From positions 842-64,841 of the IMG/VR virus record IMGVR_UViG_3300017788_000018: 64,000 nucleotides of DNA. One strand, given 5' to 3'. Under the pieces are notes generated by a model, which was not told the DNA's origin, did not search any database, and worked only from the letters and a program-made list of their open reading frames with translations. Below, in pieces: positions 9,247 to 17,919 of this stretch (position 1 is the first letter of the stretch; every line of letters begins with the position of its first letter). A program made the position numbers and the translations under genes. The stretch comes from a virus. Lineage: Duplodnaviria > Caudoviricetes.

Positions 9247-10341
9247 ATGCCGAGCCTTCACTGCGATAACACCGACCGTCACTGCTCACGTTGTGGCCTT
9301 CCTCTCACGGACGTTGCTAGTCGTGAGAGCGGCGTCGGTCCCGTGTGCCGTGCAAAGAACACGCACCTCTTCGCAAAGACCATCCCGGCCAACTATTCCA
9401 TTGCACAGGCACTTGCCTGGGGTCTGAACGAGAAGGTCTCCACAGGCATGCACCCGGACACCCGTGCGGGCTGGTCGAAGGCCTACAAGTCTCTTAACCG
9501 CATGTGCGAGCGTGCCCTTGCCGCAACCGAGGAGATTTCTTTCTCCGTGCGTGGGCAGGATCTTCGCAAGGTCGTGACCGCTCTCGACTTCATGTGCTCC
9601 TATGCGCATCCCGACTCGGACGTGCGCCGGATGCTCAACAAGCTCGTGGGGAGTCTTGGCTACGTCGGGCTGGCTGGCGTCCTCTCGGGTGAGGCCTCTA
9701 CCTCGAAGAGCCGTCTCTGGTTCGAGAATGGCCGCATTCTGATGCAGGGTCTCAATAACACGTCCGGGTGGCGTGCGATGGGCGAGATTCCCGGAATCCA
9801 GCGTCCCCTGCGTGGTCGCAAGGCTCCCTACTCGGCCCCCGCCGTCCAGGCTGAGGCCTTCGTCGCCCTTGCTCGTCGCTACTGGCCCATGTTCGAGGAG
9901 TCGGAGACTGAGGTTCTGGCCCAGGCTCGGACGTGGTGTCGTGAGAACGCCCAGGCTGCTCAGGAGGCCCAGGCTAGTGCCGCCCCGGTTCACACCTTCT
10001 CCGTGACGGTGCGCTCGGCCGACTTCCTCACGACCTTCCCGTGGGTTCGTGGTGCGAACATGGCCGGTTTCCTCACGCAGCTTAAGACGATCCCGGCTGG
10101 TGATCGTTCCTACAACCCTGCAACCCGTCAGTGGTCGTTCCGCACGGCCCACCTCCAGACCGTGCTGGGCATGGCCCGTGCCTCTGGCATCTTCCCCAAC
10201 GTGACCGAGGTTCAGTCGCAGGATGAAACCCCTGCCGGAACCTACCGCACCCAGGCAGAGCGCACCCAGGCTGCCCGTGCCATCGGGCGCTACAATACTT
10301 GGCACAGTGCCGGGCGTGGATGGCGTCGTGGCGGGTGGTGA
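9247..10341 (+). CDS. DUF6011-like zinc-finger protein with C-terminal HARP-like segment
   Basis: CSRCGLPLTDVASRESGVGPVC; IPAGDRSYNPATRQWSF; RG-rich tail. Confidence 0.65.
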   Translation: MPSLHCDNTDRHCSRCGLPLTDVASRESGVGPVCRAKNTHLFAKTIPANYSIAQALAWGLNEKVSTGMHPDTRAGWSKAYKSLNRMCERALAATEEISFSVRGQDLRKVVTALDFMCSYAHPDSDVRRMLNKLVGSLGYVGLAGVLSGEASTSKSRLWFENGRILMQGLNNTSGWRAMGEIPGIQRPLRGRKAPYSAPAVQAEAFVALARRYWPMFEESETEVLAQARTWCRENAQAAQEAQASAAPVHTFSVTVRSADFLTTFPWVRGANMAGFLTQLKTIPAGDRSYNPATRQWSFRTAHLQTVLGMARASGIFPNVTEVQSQDETPAGTYRTQAERTQAARAIGRYNTWHSAGRGWRRGGW

Positions 10342-10369
10342 TTCCTAAACGCTAGAAAACGAAAGAAGC

Positions 10370-10400
10370 AAGGCCTGGCTAACGCCAGGCCTTTTCCTTT
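10370..10400 (+). terminator. Intrinsic terminator
   Basis: AAGGCCTGG-ctaacg-CCAGGCCTT-TTCCTTT. Confidence 0.8.
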
Positions 10401-10411
10401 GGAGAAAAGAC

Positions 10412-11028
10412 ATGAGTACCCGCAATAGCAATAACGACCTTGAGCATCTCGGTTCAAGACATTTTCCTTCATTGAGGAGAGTCCTATGAACCTGGGGCCG
10501 AAGGCGTATTCTAATGCTCCGATTACATTGCCTAGGGTCGGTGACAAGCATTTGCCATGGTTTGCGAGGTTCTTCAAAACGACCGTGATCACCTCTTGCT
10601 TGGGTGGTGAGCAAACCTCTCAAACGGTAAAAAGCGGCATTCGGCCCGGTGACCTTGTTTCGTTCAACTACTTTGTGGACAGAGAGGTGTGCGCCACAGG
10701 TCACCCTAGGGTGTATCTCTCTGCCTTTGACTGCTCCAACGAACTTCCACTTCGAGACCTCGTGACCGGTACCGAACACATGAATTTTTTGTGCGAAGAC
10801 ACTCACCTGGAGAATGCACTGGTTCTGAGAACGGAGAATCCCCTAGCCAAAAAGAGTAGGGACCACCTTTACGTCCAGATTCTTTGGCGTGAGCGTCCAT
10901 GGTGGTTCACTTGTCGCCCCGAAGATGTTTTTGGCTGTGCCGTAGCCAGCAATCATTTCTTTGGATTTGATTTCCGAGGAAAGAGCGTTTGTCAAATGTT
11001 GCACCTTACTCGTTACGCTCAGGAATGA
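10412..11028 (+). CDS. Paralog family A copy 1, 5' frameshifted (uORF 10412-10489 plus ORF 10486-11028)
   Basis: RPGDLVSFNYF...ALVLR...YVQIL...PWWF...QMLHLTRY; homology to copy 3 extends upstream across a frame change. Confidence 0.7.
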
Positions 11029-11038
11029 GGATAGCCAT

Positions 11039-11515
11039 ATGACGGACTATTCAAAGCCAACCAAATTCTTGACTCGCCTTGTTGATCCCAATAACCTCAC
11101 AGGGAAACCCAAGATCGTCAGATCCATTCCTGTGCCAGGGGATTTGGTTTCCTATTCCTATTTCGACAAAAATGGTGAGAACCGAACCATGGTTCCTCCT
11201 CTGAGTCTTCTTCTGAGAGCCTATCCACAATCAAACGACGTGCCAGGGAGCCTGCCATTCATTGCGATGGTGCGTATTTTTGCCTATCTAGACAAGGCTT
11301 TAATTCTCAGAGTTGTGGAAACACAATACACTTACATTCATTGGGTTCAGGTGTTGTACAACAATCGTCCGTGGTGGTTTTCAACAAACACCGAGCTAGC
11401 CGAACGAACCTTATTTGACAAGTCTGTAAAGGATATGTACACTCAGATGCATCTTACCCGATATTTTGGAGTGACCGTTCCTCCCGTTCCGGCAGAAGAA
11501 AAGAAGGCACTATGA
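11039..11515 (+). CDS. Paralog family A copy 2
   Basis: VPGDLVSYSYF...ALILR...WVQVL...PWWF...QMHLTRY; GAGGA SD. Confidence 0.8.
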   Translation: MTDYSKPTKFLTRLVDPNNLTGKPKIVRSIPVPGDLVSYSYFDKNGENRTMVPPLSLLLRAYPQSNDVPGSLPFIAMVRIFAYLDKALILRVVETQYTYIHWVQVLYNNRPWWFSTNTELAERTLFDKSVKDMYTQMHLTRYFGVTVPPVPAEEKKAL

Positions 11516-12105
11516 GTACTCGTGAGGCCAAATCCCTCATTCCGATCGCATTCAAGACCTTTTCGCATCTGGAGGTCAGTCCCCTAAACATGGGACGAGA
11601 AGAATATTGCTCGGCCCCGGTAACACCTCTAAAGGTCGGGGACTATCTCTCATTGGGATATTTTGTTGGTAGGCCTTTTCAAGGTTACGATATCGTTCCG
11701 GTTCAAAAGGACGATGCTGATTTTGAACCCCAAATCAAGACCCTAGAGCGTGTGTCAAAGTTCGATGCGCGCATCGAGACCGCTTTTCCAAAGACTGGTT
11801 TTAGTCGTAGGTATGAATCCGATTCATGTCCGTTTCTTGCAGAATGCACTGATGCAAGCGACCCTCCTCGCGTCATATATAGCGAACTTCAGCTTGAAAG
11901 GAGTCTCGTGTTGCAAGTGATTCCAACGCATGTGGCAGGTAGGCCCGTTGGCGAGTGCATATACGTTCAGGTACTCACCTGCGGCCAGAAGTGGTGGACC
12001 GTGTTTGACAGCTACTTTACTGAACCACGCTATGCGAGAGGCGTCGTTCCGGCTGTCGTGAACCAAGGTATTTATGCCATGGCATATCTTCATCGACCAA
12101 CCTGA
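11512..12105 (+). CDS. Paralog family A copy 3
   Basis: KVGDYLSLGYF...SLVLQ...YVQVL...KWW; ATGA-coupled. Confidence 0.8.
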   Translation: MSTREAKSLIPIAFKTFSHLEVSPLNMGREEYCSAPVTPLKVGDYLSLGYFVGRPFQGYDIVPVQKDDADFEPQIKTLERVSKFDARIETAFPKTGFSRRYESDSCPFLAECTDASDPPRVIYSELQLERSLVLQVIPTHVAGRPVGECIYVQVLTCGQKWWTVFDSYFTEPRYARGVVPAVVNQGIYAMAYLHRPT

Positions 12106-12175
12106 GACCAATGTCAACCCAAACCGGTTATGCAGCGCACCACTACCTGACATATCTTGCCCGATCGACAAACCC

Positions 12176-12697
12176 ATGAGCCATATTAACACATCACTCC
12201 CACCCTCACTGCCACACGGGCACGTCTGGTTCAACACCTACACCTATCCACAAGAGCCAAAAGCTGGCATAAAGCCAGAGAAAACTTTGATGCGCCCCGG
12301 GGATTTAATATCCATGGGCTATATCCGCTTGGATGGAAGCATAATTGACACTTTTGCTCACCCGCCACGCATTCGTTGTTACGAACACGTCCGCAAGACT
12401 ATGACAGGAAATTTCACAGTAGGCGCAGAGAACCCCATTCTTCAGGCGAATGGGCATCGTTTAAGCATCACTCGTGCTCTCGTTTTGCAAATACTCAACG
12501 CAGATGTGACCGGTGAGGATCTTGTCCAAGTGCTCATTGGTGTGACACCATGGTGGTGTTATGTAAGGGTGAGAGATGCCGAGGGCATCTCTTATCATAT
12601 GGCGTCGGAACTGGAGCCTTATAACTTCTGCAGGCAGCTCTACATTACACGCTACCCTAGAATTCCACAGGAAACAGTTGCGTCTCAAGGCTTGTAA
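12176..12697 (+). CDS. Paralog family A copy 4
   Basis: RPGDLISMGYI...ALVLQ...LVQVL...PWW...QLYITRY; start uncertain. Confidence 0.75.
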   Translation: MSHINTSLPPSLPHGHVWFNTYTYPQEPKAGIKPEKTLMRPGDLISMGYIRLDGSIIDTFAHPPRIRCYEHVRKTMTGNFTVGAENPILQANGHRLSITRALVLQILNADVTGEDLVQVLIGVTPWWCYVRVRDAEGISYHMASELEPYNFCRQLYITRYPRIPQETVASQGL

Positions 12698-13130
12698 CGA
12701 GCATGAAGGCATCCAGGTGGTGTAGCCATCCCACCTGGACGATTATCTCTTCTCCTGCATTGTCAAGCTCCTCAAGCTCGGTGTCATCCAGAAAGATGAT
12801 TGTACCTGAGGCCTGGATTGGCTTTACGGCATAATAGCTGACAATGCAGTGAACCCACTCATTTTTCTCGGAGATTTGACCAGTCAAGATGATGCTCGTC
12901 ATTAGCGTGTTGGCTATCCTGATAAAGCTTGCATTGGTGGAACGAAACCAATTCGTCTTAGGAGGGTTTGCGCTATTGAAAAATAGGCAAACCAAATTGC
13001 CGGACTTCTCTGAGGCCTTACGGATATTGTCCTTGAGAAAAAGTCGAGGACGTGTCATGTCCCCTCCGCAGTCTATGAAGTCTTGCAGTTTGGAGGTTAT
13101 CTTGACATCGGTATCGACCGGATCCACCAC
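12657..13130 (-). CDS. Hypothetical protein
   Basis: GTG 5 nt after TACTTA; 41-nt convergent overlap with the neighbouring gene. Confidence 0.55.
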   Translation of the reverse strand: MVDPVDTDVKITSKLQDFIDCGGDMTRPRLFLKDNIRKASEKSGNLVCLFFNSANPPKTNWFRSTNASFIRIANTLMTSIILTGQISEKNEWVHCIVSYYAVKPIQASGTIIFLDDTELEELDNAGEEIIVQVGWLHHLDAFMLVTSLETQLFPVEF

Positions 13131-13156
13131 TCTTTTAAGTAGGGATTCTCTGGGCG

Positions 13157-13939
13157 TTACTTATCGATGATTTTGTTGAGGGAGTCTGTTATGTCCACGC
13201 CGGGCTCCACTCCATCCCCAATGCAGTCCCAGCCTGTCATGGTATCCCTGGCGAATACCTCGAGGCGGTTTGTGGAGCCAGCGGGAAATGCCTTTTCAAT
13301 GAGGGAGTGGAAAATCTTGGGCTTCGAGGAGTGTCCCTTGGGAGCGCGAGGTTCCACAACTATTTGTGGAATGGCACTATCGAGCAACTTAAGTGGACGA
13401 CCCTTCTTTGAGGTCGTGGCCACAAGAAGTAGCTCCGAGGTGGGCTTGCTGTAGGTAGGCGGAATTCCTTGTCCATTGATGATTTTGCCTGCCTTGTTGG
13501 CCTTTACCCAAACGTGTGCCACGCCTCGGTAGTGAAGGCCCCAGGCCTTGAGGGTAGCAATGGCTAGGTCCAGTTTTGGACATGTGGCCCAGAGGAATAC
13601 ATAGGCTCCGTTCTTGGCCAGGACGCTCTTGATGGGGAGGGCCTGAATTTGGGCATCCGTCATCAAGGAGTAGTGTTTTCCTGCAGCAGCATTCTTGTTG
13701 GCATCCCCGTAGTAGGACCAGGGAGGGTCTGCCAATAGTACCTCATAGCGTTTCCCGGCTAAGGGATGCTTCGGTGGGGGCGGCAAAGGCAAAAGAACCT
13801 CAATCTGTTCCTGGGTGGTGATTGCTGTAACCGGAACTTCTGAGGCGTTTTCTTCCTTGGGAGCGTCCAAAGAAAAATGTGCAGGGAGGTCACTCACCTG
13901 CACATTATCTGGATAATCCAGTGGTTGTCTAAGGGGCAC
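13157..13939 (-). CDS. MT-A70 family amino-methyltransferase
   Basis: LLADPPW, HYSLM, VFLWAT, WGL.Y, HSSKP, RLEVFAR. Confidence 0.92.
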   Translation of the reverse strand: MPLRQPLDYPDNVQVSDLPAHFSLDAPKEENASEVPVTAITTQEQIEVLLPLPPPPKHPLAGKRYEVLLADPPWSYYGDANKNAAAGKHYSLMTDAQIQALPIKSVLAKNGAYVFLWATCPKLDLAIATLKAWGLHYRGVAHVWVKANKAGKIINGQGIPPTYSKPTSELLLVATTSKKGRPLKLLDSAIPQIVVEPRAPKGHSSKPKIFHSLIEKAFPAGSTNRLEVFARDTMTGWDCIGDGVEPGVDITDSLNKIIDK

Positions 13940-14764
13940 TCACTCCATGGAGATGAAATCCGTCATCCTGGACCAATGTTCGTCCTTGGGATCCAAACAC
14001 AGCCTCCACTTTCCGAAGTACAAGGCCAACCCATCCTCACGCCATGGCTCGATGTTCGGATTTCTGCGACAGTCCTTTGCGTTCTGGATTTTATCGGCGA
14101 GGAGCATGAGATGGAGCTCCTTCACCTTTACCTCGGGTACCTTATCCCTAACATTGCGTGGAAGGTAGGAATTGGCCGTTTCCCTATAGGCCATGGCCAT
14201 CATAACCACTTCCATGTCCAGTTTGAGGCCACCGTAGTTTCTCTTGTGGAAATTCTCTAGGTCCACCTGAAAGAGAGGATGGAGCATCCAGGCCTTGAGC
14301 ACATAATCCTCCACGCCAAACTTTCGGAGAATCGCGATTCCCTCGTCAATGTGATTCATGTAGTAGAGCCCCGACCTCTTTGCACGGGCATCGCCATAAT
14401 GCCTAGTAATCTCCTCATATTCCGGCCAGGTCATCCAGGCACCTGCCACCCTATAGGGGATCTTGTGGTTTTCTAGAAACAGCTCGAGTCGGCAATCGGG
14501 TGCCGTAAGGATCCTCCCTGTGGCCTCGGTTTCCAGCCAATGACTGTAATTCATGTTGCCACGGCCGCTCTTTAGGACATAGAGGCTGTCATAGACCTCC
14601 TCGGTCTCAAGGTCACGAAATTGAGCACTGCATCCATAGTCAAAGTGCCGAAAGGAATTCGGTACCAGGGCAATGTTGTCACCCCGAAGTTGAATGGAGC
14701 AATTTCGGAAATACTCCTCTGCCTCCTCGTGGGTTTCACAATCGGGGCTGAAGCGTTCGTTCAT
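13940..14764 (-). CDS. GNAT-like N-terminus fused to a RelA/SpoT-hydrolase-like (HD-degenerate) domain
   Basis: SLYVLKSGRG; RSGLYYMNH, AWMLHP, LADKIQN; AAGGA SD before ATG 14764. Confidence 0.55.
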   Translation of the reverse strand: MNERFSPDCETHEEAEEYFRNCSIQLRGDNIALVPNSFRHFDYGCSAQFRDLETEEVYDSLYVLKSGRGNMNYSHWLETEATGRILTAPDCRLELFLENHKIPYRVAGAWMTWPEYEEITRHYGDARAKRSGLYYMNHIDEGIAILRKFGVEDYVLKAWMLHPLFQVDLENFHKRNYGGLKLDMEVVMMAMAYRETANSYLPRNVRDKVPEVKVKELHLMLLADKIQNAKDCRRNPNIEPWREDGLALYFGKWRLCLDPKDEHWSRMTDFISME

Positions 14765-14781
14765 ATGACTACCATCCTTTT

Positions 14782-15573
14782 CTAGGAAGACTTTGGTTTG
14801 GCTGTGGTAATGACTTCCAACAGAAGCTCTGTTGGATTGAGAAGCTGCCTTGGCTGGCGGTGTCCATTTTCCCACCAGACACTCTTTCGGGCACCCTTGC
14901 GATATAACTCCAGGTGAAGCATCGAGGTGCCGTTACCCTTGTTCTTCTTAAGGACGGGCAAGACCGTTCCAATAACCTCACCCGCCTGGAGGGTAGTTCC
15001 AATGTTCAGATCAGACCTGGGATTGATTTCTCCGTAAAGAACGACCCCTGACTTGCCCTCAACCAAAACGGCCATGGTGGTATTATAGAAAGGACTGGCT
15101 GCCTCTGGCCCGGTGAAGTATTCGATAGCCACGACCTTTCCCGTTTCCACCAGGGCAACTTCCTGACCAATGGGGCAATAGAGGTCAACTCCGGTATGGA
15201 TGCTGTGCTTCCGCACAAAAGCAAAACCTCCTGGGTGATACTTCCCGATAGGGACACTCCAAGAGGCGTTGGGTAGTGGATTCTTCCACATTGTTCTATT
15301 TTTTGGCTGACCTAGATTCGGATCGAGGGCCAAGGACTCGGTAAAGTCCTTATTGCGATAGACAGTAATGTTAGGTCGTGAGTAGGTGTTTCTAGATGGG
15401 GTTTGCAATTCTGTTCTCTTGGTGACTTTCTTTGGCGCAGCGGCCAAAGGCTTTTCTGGCTGTGGGACTCTCCGCACAACGTAAGGTCTGGTCTCTCCTG
15501 CGGGCCTTGGGAGATTACCTACATCCTTCTGGTCTGATTCCTCAGAAGGTGAATTAGGTAGTGGCTTTGACAT
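14782..15573 (-). CDS. M23 family peptidase
   Basis: HTGVDL, MLHLE, LLNP; disordered N-terminus. Confidence 0.85.
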   Translation of the reverse strand: MSKPLPNSPSEESDQKDVGNLPRPAGETRPYVVRRVPQPEKPLAAAPKKVTKRTELQTPSRNTYSRPNITVYRNKDFTESLALDPNLGQPKNRTMWKNPLPNASWSVPIGKYHPGGFAFVRKHSIHTGVDLYCPIGQEVALVETGKVVAIEYFTGPEAASPFYNTTMAVLVEGKSGVVLYGEINPRSDLNIGTTLQAGEVIGTVLPVLKKNKGNGTSMLHLELYRKGARKSVWWENGHRQPRQLLNPTELLLEVITTAKPKSS

Positions 15574-15974
15574 GGTGAGATGGCATTACTTGTACGGATG
15601 GACAGAGGGTTTACCACACAAGGTGGTCTGGGACGTATTCATCCGTTTGAGAAGTCATCCAGCCTCATTGGAGGCAAAGGGAAGGTTCTAAACGGGTTTG
15701 TCTCCAGGCAAGGGGTGGAGAACCGTGTCATCTACGGCTTAAGTATGATGCCCAGGCATCGACTTGGATATCCTTTCCATCTTTTTCCCTGAGGCCTCGA
15801 CAAGTATCAGTATTGCAAGGAAAAGAGTGAATGCGGTGGTAAAGTCAGTAAAACCTGGTCTTTACCCCTAGGTATAGGGTAGCACAACCCAAGATTGTTT
15901 TGAAGCAATATGAGAAGTTGTTGGGTTGCCCCTATTTAGAAGGGAACCAAGTTGGGGAAAACAGGAGAAATAAC

Positions 15975-16382
15975 ATGGGTATCAGAAACAAGGTAACAAA
16001 CAAGGGTTGGATCAGCGAAGACGTTACTGGCACAGCAGTTGAGCTTGACATGGGCGCTGCCACAGTAACCACTCCTACACTTAACAAGGTGCAGGTTGTT
16101 GTTTCCGGCGCTGCACAGACAGCAGGCGCACCAGCGATCCTCCTGGCGGGTGCAAGAGTTCACGTTACGGCGGCACTTCCAGCGATCTCCAATGCAATCG
16201 TTGGCAGAACCTTCATGATCGTGACCACGGGTTCTAACCCAACGCTACTGACCGCATCCAATGCGATCAACCATGGTCTTTGGACCCGCACTCTTTTCAC
16301 GCCAAATGCGATTGTGTCCTGCGTTGCCGCAACCACAGATTTCGGCTTCACTTGGCTCGCATCCTCGGGTTCTGCAATCTGA
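15975..16382 (+). CDS. Putative virion protein
   Basis: AGGAG SD, TATTTA upstream, T/A/G/V-rich, own terminator. Confidence 0.65.
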   Translation: MGIRNKVTNKGWISEDVTGTAVELDMGAATVTTPTLNKVQVVVSGAAQTAGAPAILLAGARVHVTAALPAISNAIVGRTFMIVTTGSNPTLLTASNAINHGLWTRTLFTPNAIVSCVAATTDFGFTWLASSGSAI

Positions 16383-16407
16383 GTTCACCGTAGTTCTCCC
16401 TAACAAC

Positions 16408-16451
16408 GAAGAAGGACAGGTTTCCAACCGGAACCTGTCCTTCTTCATTTT
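16408..16451 (+). terminator. Intrinsic terminator
   Basis: GAAGAAGGACAGGTT...AACCTGTCCTTCTTC-ATTTTT. Confidence 0.85.
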
Positions 16452-16484
16452 TGCTAACTGGTATTTAGGCAAAGCCCACTAGGG

Positions 16485-17138
16485 TCACTTAGAAAGGCTG
16501 CCAGGAATAAGCCAATCAAACTTGTGGTCGAGCTTGATGTTGACTGTAAATTGTGGAATGGCAACGTGGTTGGCAAGGTTGTGCTTCATGCACTCATTGG
16601 CATCCAAATACCAATCGGCGTGCTTTTTCTCGTGCACGATATCCGAGAAGTAATTGTCCTTCTTGCCACAGTTGCGAGCCATGAGACTCATGATGCGGGT
16701 GTTGAGACGGTCGGTCTCCACGGCACTGGCCTTGATTTCCTCATTCTTACCGAAGTTGAAGCTGGAGACCTCGTGGATCATTACCGTGGCATTCGGGGCC
16801 ACGAATCGATAACCCTCGGCTCCGCAGGTAAAGAGAACCGCTCCGCAACTCATGGCTTTACCTTCCACGATGGTAGCAATCTTGACCTTGCATGCATCAA
16901 TCATGTCGATCATGGATAGGAGAGCATACACGTCTCCGCCATAGGAATCGATTACGATTGGGAGGACTTCCTGTCCACTCTTCATGCAAAGGTCCTCTGC
17001 CTGTTGAAGATCCTCACAGAATTTGACGGCACTCTCCTCTGAGAATGAACCTCCAAACCTGACGTAGATGGGCATCTGACAACTGTTCTCAATGTCCTTG
17101 ATTTGGATTCGAGGATCAACGTTGACTGTATATCTCAT
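16485..17138 (-). CDS. clpP: ClpP-family protease
   Basis: IDSYGGDV, AMSCG (Ser), MIHE (His), DWYL (Asp). Confidence 0.9.
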   Translation of the reverse strand: MRYTVNVDPRIQIKDIENSCQMPIYVRFGGSFSEESAVKFCEDLQQAEDLCMKSGQEVLPIVIDSYGGDVYALLSMIDMIDACKVKIATIVEGKAMSCGAVLFTCGAEGYRFVAPNATVMIHEVSSFNFGKNEEIKASAVETDRLNTRIMSLMARNCGKKDNYFSDIVHEKKHADWYLDANECMKHNLANHVAIPQFTVNIKLDHKFDWLIPGSLSK

Positions 17139-17174
17139 TTATGACTCCGATTGTGGTAAGGTTAACCAAAACTG

Positions 17175-17756
17175 TTATAGACTGCGAAGTTTCTTGTAGA
17201 GTTGCAAGGTTGCTCGGGCATCGCCCTTGGCAGTATGTCTTTCTCTTGCGCCAATTGCTATCTCAAAATGCTTAAGCAGGGATCCCAGGCTCCCGATGTT
17301 TTCGGGAAGCTTCTTCTGTTCCTGCAAGAAACGAACGATTGTGGCGGTATCCAGTGTCCTATAGGAAACGTACATTGGGAAGTCTTGCATCAGGTGACTT
17401 GTCACAACCCTTGCGTCAAAGCTGACGTTATGACCCAGGAGAGTCATCTTGCTCTCCGCTGAATAGCTGAGGCATACACGAGCCCCCGTAATGAAGCTGC
17501 GAAGCTCTCTACCGGCCTGGGAACATGTAATGGCGGTCTTGTCATGCTCCACGAGGTTAATCCCATTGACTTCCAGACCCTCGGCCTCCACTCGGTAGAT
17601 GCCGTCGTCCGGCTTGATTTTCAAGTCAAGGCTCCAGTCAAGGCTCCTGTGTGGCTCAAGGTTTTCGTCCAAAACCTCTGCGTAGAGACTTAGGGGTGTA
17701 CACTTCTCGGGAAAGCGACCGCCTGTCTCGGTGTCAATTAGGAGGTATTGTGTCAT
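17175..17756 (-). CDS. DEDDh 3'-5' exonuclease
   Basis: IDTETGG, GHNVSFD, LDT, HTAKGD. Confidence 0.9.
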   Translation of the reverse strand: MTQYLLIDTETGGRFPEKCTPLSLYAEVLDENLEPHRSLDWSLDLKIKPDDGIYRVEAEGLEVNGINLVEHDKTAITCSQAGRELRSFITGARVCLSYSAESKMTLLGHNVSFDARVVTSHLMQDFPMYVSYRTLDTATIVRFLQEQKKLPENIGSLGSLLKHFEIAIGARERHTAKGDARATLQLYKKLRSL

Positions 17757-17919
17757 ATGGATTTTTGACTCTCTACAAGTAACCTAGCCCATAGTGACAC
17801 ACCAGGGTTTGCTTTTTAAACGCTTAGATTATTCACTTACTCTAGGGATGCGTGGAACCCTACCAATTAAGGGAGCAGAGGGGGTTATCATTTGGAGACG
17901 CTAATTACCAGTTATACCA

